24,345 bases of DNA from a virus (taxonomy: Duplodnaviria > Caudoviricetes), in IMG/VR virus record IMGVR_UViG_3300025803_000099, positions 1 to 24,345 of that record. One strand, 5' to 3'. A program made the position numbers and the translations under genes. Each line of letters opens with the position of its first letter. The first letter of the stretch is position 1. A model generated the notes under the pieces. It saw only the letters and a program-made list of their open reading frames with translations, did no database searches and had not been told where the DNA came from. Positions 1 to 7,980 of this stretch are shown in pieces.

Positions 1-28
1 GTTTCATTTTTTATTATTATTGTTCTTG

Positions 29-607
29 TTAATGACCATCAGCTTGTGCTGCCATAAATCTTCTTTGCCTCTCTGCAAATAGCCTGTCTTCTTCTGCCCG
101 TCTTTGTTCTGCAGTAGGTGCATTAGCTGCTGCTGCATCTTGATCTGCAAATCTTTTCTCCATTATTTCAAGTCTACGTAGTGTATCTCTCGCAGTAAGT
201 TCGTCATCAAAATTAGTCCTAGATAATTCAGTTACATCTATTTGTGGACCGGGAGAAGTATAGCCAGTACTGCCATATGGAGACAGTGGAATACTTGCAA
301 GTCCTGAAGAAGGTAATGTAGGTGTAGGTGTAAGAGGTGAAGAAACACCACCACCTTTATTACTCTGCACAGGTGTAGGTAATGGTTGTGCTACTACTGG
401 ATCAGAAGCAAATGTAGGAGAAGGCAGAGTAGCAGAACCACCACCTTTATTTGATGTACTTGGAAAACCTGCTGGACCTGCTGGTGACACTGGCAATGTA
501 GACATACCTGCACCACGATTTACCAACTGTGGAGTTGCTGGTGCTGGTGTTGCTGGTACTGTTGATGGTGTTGTAGGTGTTGTAGTTACACCTCTTGCTC
601 CTCCCAT
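29..607 (-). CDS. Pro/Ser/Thr-rich hypothetical protein, probable internal virion/ejection protein
   Basis: 192-aa ORF coupled to the upstream gene by a TAATG overlap at 607. Low-complexity N-terminal part with two SNKGGG repeats and a charged helical C-terminus; lies in the ejection-protein region. Confidence 0.6.
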   Translation of the reverse strand: MGGARGVTTTPTTPSTVPATPAPATPQLVNRGAGMSTLPVSPAGPAGFPSTSNKGGGSATLPSPTFASDPVVAQPLPTPVQSNKGGGVSSPLTPTPTLPSSGLASIPLSPYGSTGYTSPGPQIDVTELSRTNFDDELTARDTLRRLEIMEKRFADQDAAAANAPTAEQRRAEEDRLFAERQRRFMAAQADGH

Positions 608-3600
608 TATACTAACCCTCCTAAACCTTGCTGTGCATTAAGCTGTCTTTGTTGCTTTTGTGTTCCAAATGAATCTTGACGTATACCTTTAATAAAATTA
701 TCTAACTGTTCTGATCCTGCATTAGAAGAACCATTACCAAGCATTGCTACCACATCTGCAGGTATAACATATTCGTCACGACTTAGCAAGGCTTTGTCAG
801 GATTGTTGCCCTCTACTTCAAAGAGTATTTGATCTGACATACCATCACCATTACCAACTACCTGACCTTCAAAGTACTGACCAATATCACCACCTTGTGC
901 ATAACCTAATGCACCACGTACTCTATCTAAAAATGAACTTTGATCAGGAACAGCTATTTCTTGTCCTTGTCTAATAACATTAGGATTAGAAATATTTTTA
1001 TTTGCTTCAAGCAACTCATCTAAAGACATACCTTGTTGTTTTGCAATAGCAGATAAAGTATCTCCTGATTGTACTTCATATTGTTTATCTTCACCACTAA
1101 GTATATTTCTTAGTATGGAAAGTATTCCTGCGTCATTTTCTGTATCAGATAACTTAGCCATTTGAGTTTCTTTTTGTACAGTGGGCATACCTGAATAAAC
1201 AGAACTAAAAGGTTTATCATCATACATGTCTTTAGTTGTTAAATCAGATAGTTTTTTTAGTTCACTAGAAACAAGTTCCATACGAGGTTTAATTCCTGAT
1301 CTTTTTCTTTCCTCTGCTTTTCTATATTCTTCATTATTTAAAAATTCTTTTCCTGCTTCATCATACTTTCCAGCATTAATTAATTTTATAGTTTCAGGAC
1401 TACCACCTAAACTTCCTCTAAACCATTCACCTACCATAGCTGTTTTTAAACTTTGCGGAAAAGAATTAAAATCTTTTATTTTATTTTTAATTTTAGGTAG
1501 TCTTTTTCTTATATCGCTTCTTAGTAATAAGTCAGCTTGCTCTTCTGTTATTTCTTTATCTGTCATTTTTACATTTTCTGTATGACCATAACCTATAGTT
1601 GGCTTGTCTCCTTTTGTAGGTATATAGGGCTTGGCTTTAAACTTTTCTTTTTCTTTTAAAAAAGAAACATAAGGTTCAATACTTTCTTCTTGAGGAATAT
1701 CTCCTCCCTCTCTTAACCCTACCAACCCACCTGTGTTAAACCCAAAGCTAGTACCAGAAACAAAAGAAGAAGGAGCGGCTGACTGACCCGGTGGAGTTGC
1801 ATATGATTCTGGTCCTTGTGCTAGTTGTCGTCCAATAACTTGACCTACATTTTGCATCTGCTGAAACATTTGCTGATTACCTGTAGGTTGTTCAATAAAT
1901 TGTTGTCCACGTGACATTGCCTGATCACGTTGTAATAGTTCGTCCTGCCGTGCACGTTCAGATATCTGTTGTTCCTGCTGTTGTAGCACTGGTGGTGGTG
2001 CTGATGGTTGTTGTACTGCTGGTGATAGTTGTGACTGCAATACTCCCTGTTCAGGTGTGCCGCCTTCTTGCAATGCAACAAGACCGCCAGTATATTTTGT
2101 GTATAGTCCTCTATCTGCTGTATCAAATGAGTTTAACCCACCAGAAGAAGAATTAGGAATTGAAACATTTTGATTTACAAATTGTATAGCTTCTGGATTA
2201 TTTCTTAGAAGTAAACGAGAAATCATAGCCGTAACACCACCTTTACTTTCTAACTCATCAAAAAATCTATTAGATATATTTTGTTGAGATTGAGAAATAT
2301 CATTACTTACTCTCTGACTTTCTGGTGTTATAGACATTTGAGTTAATTCAGGCTGATCAATAAATTGTTTAGTTTGTCCACCCTCTGCCAAACCTACAAG
2401 TCCACCCTGTGCAGCATAACGATACTGTTCTGATAGTGGTTGATAACCACCCTCTAGTGCCATGCGAAGATATTCTTCTGATGAACGAGCAGGTGACTGT
2501 GTACCACCAGCAAGTGTACGTTCACGTGGTACATAGGATGGACCTAATGTTGGTTCTTGTATATCTAATTCTTCATATTCTGGTGGTTGCATTAGTGTAG
2601 TTAAAGCTCCACCAATATAGGTTTGAGGATCACCAAGAACTTGACCTGCTCTTTCTGATATAGTAATATCAGATGGCATAAATCCTTTATCAATAGCTGC
2701 TTGTCTTGAAAGCACATCTCCAGTTTTTAAAGGTTCAGCACCAAAAAATTTAGATATTGCACCGGGTTTAGTTGTTTCTCCAGTATATTTAAAATAAGTT
2801 TCGCCGGGACTTATTCCTTTACTAATTAGAGATGTATCTATTGTTGGAGCAGGTAAAACAGTAGCAGTTGTAGCCGCAGCAGGTATTTCTCCAAACATAC
2901 CACCACCAAAATTACCACTTCCAGATAAAGAGATTGATCCTACTTGTGTAGTTAAAGGCATACTAGCAGCACTTGCAGCTTGCATACTTTGTCCTGCTGC
3001 ACCACTTAAAGTTTCTCCAAACATACCACCACCAAATGTTTCTGCACCGGGAGCAACACCTTGCTCAAAACCAGCTGGTGAAAGTCCCTGCATAACTCCT
3101 GCAGTAACACCTGACATTAAACCGCCTAGTGCAGCTTGTCCCGGCTTTTGTCCAGCCGCAAGACCACCCACAAATGATCCAATAGCCGTTCCTATACCGG
3201 GAAGAATCATAGTACCAATTGCACCACCTATTGCAGGAAGAAGTGATCTAAAATTAAATGCTTCTGGTAGTCCTGTATCAGGATTGATTGTTAATGTACC
3301 AAGAGATGCAAGTCCCCGTAGTTCATCAGGACGTACATGCAACAACATACTGTCACCATAACGTCCACGGCTTGCAAGTTCATTTGCTACAGGTGCTAGT
3401 GGTGCATTCTGTATACTACCACCATCAGCTACTGCAGCAATACCACGTGCCTGTGGAATACCTGAGTAAGGATTAAACTCCAGTCCACCCATACTTCCCA
3501 TAGCTGCAATGTCCTTTGTAGGAACATAGGCTAGTTGTGTGGCAGGGTTGTTATCTCGCATATTAAGTAAACGAGTAAGTCCTGCTGCTGGTGCATTGGG

Positions 3601-3615
3601 GTTTATATAATTCAT
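607..3615 (-). CDS. Large modular ejection/internal virion protein with glycine-zipper segment, GH24-type lysozyme and LysM domains
   Basis: 1002 aa. Conserved-looking N-domain GRYGDSMLLHVRPDE...TINPDTGLPEAF; hydrophobic GxxxG stretch (about 3085-3243); lysozyme motif EKFKAKPYIPTKGDKPTIGYGH (domain about 1250-1680); LysM YEVQSGDTLSAIAK...NPNVIRQGQEIAVP (about 945-1080); C-domain GDGMSD...LLSRDEYVIPADVV. Located downstream of tail genes. Confidence 0.8.
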   Translation of the reverse strand: MNYINPNAPAAGLTRLLNMRDNNPATQLAYVPTKDIAAMGSMGGLEFNPYSGIPQARGIAAVADGGSIQNAPLAPVANELASRGRYGDSMLLHVRPDELRGLASLGTLTINPDTGLPEAFNFRSLLPAIGGAIGTMILPGIGTAIGSFVGGLAAGQKPGQAALGGLMSGVTAGVMQGLSPAGFEQGVAPGAETFGGGMFGETLSGAAGQSMQAASAASMPLTTQVGSISLSGSGNFGGGMFGEIPAAATTATVLPAPTIDTSLISKGISPGETYFKYTGETTKPGAISKFFGAEPLKTGDVLSRQAAIDKGFMPSDITISERAGQVLGDPQTYIGGALTTLMQPPEYEELDIQEPTLGPSYVPRERTLAGGTQSPARSSEEYLRMALEGGYQPLSEQYRYAAQGGLVGLAEGGQTKQFIDQPELTQMSITPESQRVSNDISQSQQNISNRFFDELESKGGVTAMISRLLLRNNPEAIQFVNQNVSIPNSSSGGLNSFDTADRGLYTKYTGGLVALQEGGTPEQGVLQSQLSPAVQQPSAPPPVLQQQEQQISERARQDELLQRDQAMSRGQQFIEQPTGNQQMFQQMQNVGQVIGRQLAQGPESYATPPGQSAAPSSFVSGTSFGFNTGGLVGLREGGDIPQEESIEPYVSFLKEKEKFKAKPYIPTKGDKPTIGYGHTENVKMTDKEITEEQADLLLRSDIRKRLPKIKNKIKDFNSFPQSLKTAMVGEWFRGSLGGSPETIKLINAGKYDEAGKEFLNNEEYRKAEERKRSGIKPRMELVSSELKKLSDLTTKDMYDDKPFSSVYSGMPTVQKETQMAKLSDTENDAGILSILRNILSGEDKQYEVQSGDTLSAIAKQQGMSLDELLEANKNISNPNVIRQGQEIAVPDQSSFLDRVRGALGYAQGGDIGQYFEGQVVGNGDGMSDQILFEVEGNNPDKALLSRDEYVIPADVVAMLGNGSSNAGSEQLDNFIKGIRQDSFGTQKQQRQLNAQQGLGGLV
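2886..3036. repeat. Exact 25-bp direct repeat encoding FGGGMFGE
   Basis: tttctccaaacataccaccaccaaa at 2886-2910 and 3012-3036. Confidence 0.9.
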
Positions 3616-3617
3616 TA

Positions 3618-3824
3618 TTACAGTACCTGTTTTGGATTTAGATAGTTTGATTGTATTTGTGTCATGTCAGCATGTAACGTATTAGGATTATTATACAATG
3701 GAGTTTGTGAATATGCCATAGGTGAACCTGTAGTATACTCCGGTGGCTGTACTAATCCAGTATTTACATTCTGTATGTAATTACTACTCTGCAAGAATTG
3801 TGCCATTTTATTTATATCATACAT
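3618..3824 (-). CDS. Small hypothetical protein (68 aa, MYDINKMAQFLQ...)
   Basis: The ORF track starts it at 3842. The ATG at 3824 overlaps the upstream stop as TAATG, matching other junctions here, so it is the likelier start. Confidence 0.6.
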   Translation of the reverse strand: MYDINKMAQFLQSSNYIQNVNTGLVQPPEYTTGSPMAYSQTPLYNNPNTLHADMTQIQSNYLNPKQVL

Positions 3825-4099
3825 TAGTGAAAGTCCACCCATCCTGTTCCACTTACATAACCTCTGTACTTACCTGCACTTGCAGCAAATACTACATCTC
3901 CATTAACAGGTCTTCCTATAGAAGCTACTGTGACTACTGTTAAAACTTTAGAAGCAGGTGAGTTATCAACCTGTGTATCCCTTGCCTCAAGAAGAAATTT
4001 TAGTTCTCCTGCATATGAAACAAGATAGTTGTATAACTTCTCTACATCATTCTTATCTAAGTGCGCATACTGTGGTAGTTCAGGATAAAGAAAAGCCAT
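3824..4099 (-). CDS. Small tail-associated hypothetical protein
   Basis: 91 aa; TAATG-coupled to the nozzle gene; N-terminal helix followed by a short beta-rich GDVVF...GWVDF tail. Confidence 0.65.
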   Translation of the reverse strand: MAFLYPELPQYAHLDKNDVEKLYNYLVSYAGELKFLLEARDTQVDNSPASKVLTVVTVASIGRPVNGDVVFAASAGKYRGYVSGTGWVDFH

Positions 4100-5973
4100 T
4101 AGCGTTTACCATCTGGTTGTAGTCCTAGTCTAACACTACCCCACTTCCATGAAGTACCTGAGTCAGCAGTAGATACTCTAATGTTTGCCTGTCTTCCACG
4201 TGCACGAAAGTCAATCTTTTGTGTAGCATTATTAATAGTGTATGGTCCTTTTTCAATTGCACTACCAGAAGGATACATTTTAGTATTAATTGAAAATCTA
4301 ATTGATCCTTGATTTATTGTATAGTCAGGAACAATTTTATTCATAAACATAATCTGATCGCCATCTTGAATGTCAAAGTCTGCAGACTCAAGAAAGGAAG
4401 ACAATGCTTGACCATCACCAGTAAAGACAGATGTAGGTTCATTGTCCCAGATATATGTATCAGCAGTAGCAGAAACTCTTCCTGTTGCAATTGTATTTAG
4501 GAATACATCACTGTTGTTAAATGTTGTATAGAAAGACGTACCATAATACCATGTTTCTTCCATAAAGTTGTAGATAACGTAGGCATTAGGTTCAGAAGAG
4601 TTAGCTGTAGGATACAACCATATAATTTCATGAAACTCTGAATTAACTCCTGCAAAGACTTTATCTTTGTTAGTCATATTAAAGTCATCATAAAGATAAC
4701 GTCTTACTGTGCAATCTAGTTTTCTTACTCTTCCATCAAAGATAAAGAAGTTATTGTCACTCATCCAAAAACTTGCACCGTCCACATTAATTGCTGCATG
4801 TGGACCAATTAATCCACAATTAGAACCTAGTTGTGTAAGGTTAAATATAAATGGTGGACCAACAAACTGCAAAGCATACATTGCTTTATCTGTCCATACA
4901 TGAATAGCATTACGAGAACGAATACCACCCTGAATCTGTGTGCCATCAATTAACTGCAGTTCACCAGATGTAGAAGAAACTGAAGGTATCCAGTTAGAAT
5001 AATCTTCCTGATCTGACCAACGGATAAGAAGAGGATTGAATGTAGAAGTACCATACTCTTCTGTTCCAAAAGCAATAACATGACGATCATTAGGTGAAAC
5101 AACAATACTATTTATTTGAGAGGGAGCAGTTCCTACAATTGAAGTTCTTACTGGTGCAGTACTTGCATCTGCATCCCAGTGAAGTAAGTTACTTCCACGA
5201 CGAACAGCAAGAAGGTCTTCACCAAAGTTATCCAAAGACCACTGCGTTGCAAGAAAAGTAATATTAGAAGCGGTAGCAGGTTCATTCCAAGCACGCACTC
5301 CTGTTGTAGAAGCACCAGCATTATATACTCCTGCACCATAACCTAAACCTTGAATTGGATTTAGTTGTCCTGTAGCAAGAAGAAAACCTGCTACACCATG
5401 ACCTTGATTTGTCTCTGTACTTGTAGCAATGCTTGCAACACTAATATAAAAACGATTTAATCCTGATACACTCACAGCTTCAAAGGTAGGTCCACCATAT
5501 GCTGAAGTAGAAAAGTCTATACCATTTGTACCAAATCCATTGATAGATGTATTAGAAAAATTAATAAAGTCTCCAATACTAACGCCGTTATTATTAAGGC
5601 TTACCTCAATAAGATTAGAACCTGCACTGGTAGAGAAGCTACCCTGTGTTCCAATATCACCAATACTAACTGTACTTACAATTGGTGTAATGTCATAAGG
5701 CCAATCATTGTAAAGAAGATATAGTTTCTTTTCTGTACCTACAGATAGTAGTTTAATTGTATTATTATTAATCCAAGTCTTTAAGTCTCTGCCTATACCA
5801 AGTATATCATTGGTAGTATGCTTTTGATAACCTCTAATATTCTCAGGTTTACCTTCTCTAAATCTTACACGATCACAATCGTACCATGAACCTTCCTCAG
5901 AATACTGGGTTGACTCACGGCGAATACCGGGTCTAAAATTAAATTTAGAAAGGGTTGATGCAGTAGAAGACAT
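4099..5973 (-). CDS. Tail nozzle / tubular protein B (P22 gp10-like DNA stabilization protein)
   Basis: 624 aa; beta-propeller-like motifs (WSLDNFGEDL, LIRWSDQED, WTDKAMY, CGLIGPHA, EIIWLYP) and C-terminal RARGRQ...QPDGKR typical of podoviral nozzle proteins; position between fibres and ejection genes. Confidence 0.75.
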   Translation of the reverse strand: MSSTASTLSKFNFRPGIRRESTQYSEEGSWYDCDRVRFREGKPENIRGYQKHTTNDILGIGRDLKTWINNNTIKLLSVGTEKKLYLLYNDWPYDITPIVSTVSIGDIGTQGSFSTSAGSNLIEVSLNNNGVSIGDFINFSNTSINGFGTNGIDFSTSAYGGPTFEAVSVSGLNRFYISVASIATSTETNQGHGVAGFLLATGQLNPIQGLGYGAGVYNAGASTTGVRAWNEPATASNITFLATQWSLDNFGEDLLAVRRGSNLLHWDADASTAPVRTSIVGTAPSQINSIVVSPNDRHVIAFGTEEYGTSTFNPLLIRWSDQEDYSNWIPSVSSTSGELQLIDGTQIQGGIRSRNAIHVWTDKAMYALQFVGPPFIFNLTQLGSNCGLIGPHAAINVDGASFWMSDNNFFIFDGRVRKLDCTVRRYLYDDFNMTNKDKVFAGVNSEFHEIIWLYPTANSSEPNAYVIYNFMEETWYYGTSFYTTFNNSDVFLNTIATGRVSATADTYIWDNEPTSVFTGDGQALSSFLESADFDIQDGDQIMFMNKIVPDYTINQGSIRFSINTKMYPSGSAIEKGPYTINNATQKIDFRARGRQANIRVSTADSGTSWKWGSVRLGLQPDGKR

Positions 5974-5980
5974 TTATATT

Positions 5981-6898
5981 TTATCCAAAAGATGAAACAA
6001 AAACTGTATCTATAGCTGACACGCCTCTTACATTATATACAAGAAGGTCTACTGAATTTATTGAAGTAGACATTGTAGGTGCTGTACCACCAATAAACTT
6101 AAATGAATCTCCAAAGGCTAACGTCCTGCTTCCTGTACCATCCTGAATAACATAGATATGACCTGTCTGACCTAATGCAGTATTGGTAGGATTTTCTAGT
6201 GTTCTATTGTCAGTAAGCGTAACAAGGAAGTTTGTACCTGAAGACAGATCAAGAGCAATAGAAGTTGCATCAGTAAGAGTAACAGGTGTACCTGCAACCT
6301 GCCCTGTAAATGTTGCCTTACCTACAGTTTCAATTGATGTAGTAACAACATTAAATGCAGCATTGCTAACAAATGCTTCAGTAGCAGAAATACTTGTAGC
6401 AAACCCTACAGCACTTGAGAATGCATTCACATTAGTAAATGTATTGCTTCCTGAAATAAGAGCAAAGGTAGAACTAAGATCAAAACCTTGTGCATTTAAA
6501 CCATATACTGAAACACCATCAGAAATAATGTGTGCAATTGCACCTTCAGATATTGCAGAACCTGCACCTGCATCAGTTTTAAAAGTAATTGTTGCAGAAT
6601 TTTCTCTTGTTGTTTTATCGTTAACAATAAAACCTTTTGACTCTTCAGGTATAATTACATTAAGGTTTGCAGAGACAGTACCTGATAATTCAAGGAAAGC
6701 TGACCTAGACTGATCTGCTGTACCATCAGCGGCTGTTAGAGTTACATCTGCAGAAGATACAATTACAGTAGTGTATGCAGCAATAGCATCATCAACCAGA
6801 TCAATTACATTCTGATTAAGAATTGCTCCCCAGCTATTAGGGTTTTCTCCATCGCCCTGTTTTTCTAATCTGATGCGAGTAGTATATGTACTTGCCAT
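5981..6898 (-). CDS. Short tail fibre / fibre-attachment protein
   Basis: N-terminus MASTYTTRIRLEKQGDGENPNSWG is typical of phage fibre anchors; C-terminal NRTLENPTN...QDGTGSRTLAFG domain is shared with 10477..12168. Confidence 0.75.
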   Translation of the reverse strand: MASTYTTRIRLEKQGDGENPNSWGAILNQNVIDLVDDAIAAYTTVIVSSADVTLTAADGTADQSRSAFLELSGTVSANLNVIIPEESKGFIVNDKTTRENSATITFKTDAGAGSAISEGAIAHIISDGVSVYGLNAQGFDLSSTFALISGSNTFTNVNAFSSAVGFATSISATEAFVSNAAFNVVTTSIETVGKATFTGQVAGTPVTLTDATSIALDLSSGTNFLVTLTDNRTLENPTNTALGQTGHIYVIQDGTGSRTLAFGDSFKFIGGTAPTMSTSINSVDLLVYNVRGVSAIDTVFVSSFG

Positions 6899-6909
6899 TC
6901 TTACTTTCC

Positions 6910-7305
6910 TTATAAAGAGTTATGTTTTTGTAGTGCTACTGTTCCAGCAATTAGAATGTAACCAAAAAAATTTTTACTTATGACTGACTGTACTTTTAAT
7001 ACTACATTAGAGACTTGATCGTAGTCTTTATAAGTAGTTATAATCTCATGCACTACAAAAGTAGAGGGAGGATTAAGACGAACACACTTTCTTTTTAGTT
7101 GTTTTTTTACAATAGAAGTTTTAAAATTCTCTTTTGATTTTGAATCTGCAAGAGCAATATCCAGAATGTCCTTCTCAGTTTCACATATTAAAAATACAGT
7201 TACTCCATCTCCTATATGCCATAATTCTTCTTTTGCTTCTGCTGTACTACAACTGGGCAGTATTGAAATAACAGCTACAAGAAACAATGTAAAAAGAAGT
7301 TTCAT
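6910..7305 (-). CDS. Hypothetical exported or lipoprotein
   Basis: 131 aa; MK followed by hydrophobic LLFTLFLVAVISILPSC, then STAEA, giving either a lipobox-like Cys or an AxA signal peptidase I site. Confidence 0.6.
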   Translation of the reverse strand: MKLLFTLFLVAVISILPSCSTAEAKEELWHIGDGVTVFLICETEKDILDIALADSKSKENFKTSIVKKQLKRKCVRLNPPSTFVVHEIITTYKDYDQVSNVVLKVQSVISKNFFGYILIAGTVALQKHNSL

Positions 7306-7308
7306 TTA

Positions 7309-7866
7309 TTATACAGCAGTTTCTCTTGGGTTAACAGGCCAGTCATTAAATTCTGCAGCAACTTTACCTGCATCTGCCATCTCTTGTGTAAGTACTGTCA
7401 TAGCTTCAAGACCTGCTACATCTGTCTTTGCATCAATGGCAGTTTCCAGTGCATCAGCTTTTGCTCTTAGGTCTGTACGCCACTGTGCAAGGTCTGCTGG
7501 CTTTGCAGCACCAGTATCCTGCTCTCTAATAACAATCCAATCAGTTTGCGCTAGATAACCACTTAGTACATCAGAGACATGCTTCTTCATTGTATCTTTG
7601 ATAGCATCAATATCTCTAGCAGTTTGTGTTCTGGTGACAACAACTCTGTTCTCTTCAACAACAGGGGCAGACTCAGAAGAAGTGTAGAACATATTTTCTA
7701 CTCTGCTACCTTCATATACATAAGGTACAATACCCAGTGCCTTACGTTCTTCATCTGTCCAAGCACGGGTAAAGATTGTCTTAGGATATTGCACATTATT
7801 AATTGTCATGGCTTTTGGCTGGTTAATAATCTCTACCAACTGACTGCCCATAATTCTTGCCCACAT
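7309..7866 (-). CDS. Tail fibre assembly/chaperone-like protein
   Basis: 185 aa; YP..IF...WTDEERKALGI and LAQTDWIVIRE...WRTDLR motifs typical of genes that follow tail fibres; AAGGAAA RBS. Confidence 0.7.
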   Translation of the reverse strand: MWARIMGSQLVEIINQPKAMTINNVQYPKTIFTRAWTDEERKALGIVPYVYEGSRVENMFYTSSESAPVVEENRVVVTRTQTARDIDAIKDTMKKHVSDVLSGYLAQTDWIVIREQDTGAAKPADLAQWRTDLRAKADALETAIDAKTDVAGLEAMTVLTQEMADAGKVAAEFNDWPVNPRETAV

Positions 7867-7882
7867 ATTTTAGTTTCCTTTC

Positions 7883-7978
7883 TTACATACAAACATCTTC
7901 ATAACGGATGCTCTGTGATCGTCTGTAGTTGTTAAGTTCATGTGCTTTTTTCTTTTTACTAAATAGATTTTTAAACAT
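7883..7978 (-). CDS. Unannotated 31-aa micro-ORF MFKNLFSKKKKAHELNNYRRSQSIRYEDVCM
   Basis: Manual translation; ATG is 2 nt after the upstream stop, has an AGGT RBS-like element, and fills the gap up to the next RBS. Confidence 0.55.
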   Translation of the reverse strand: MFKNLFSKKKKAHELNNYRRSQSIRYEDVCM

Positions 7979-7980
7979 AA

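Noticed and set aside
1-28. Start of a further minus-strand gene (ATG at 7)
   Set aside because: Only two codons are visible and there is no clear RBS.
1250-1680. Stand-alone endolysin or lysis cassette
   Set aside because: The domain is in frame within a 1002-aa protein and no adjacent holin or spanin is evident.
607-3615. Bacteriocin-type double-glycine leader peptides or a tape-measure protein
   Set aside because: No C39 peptidase/ABC exporter is present and most motifs are internal. There are no tail tube or tail chaperone genes to support a long tail.
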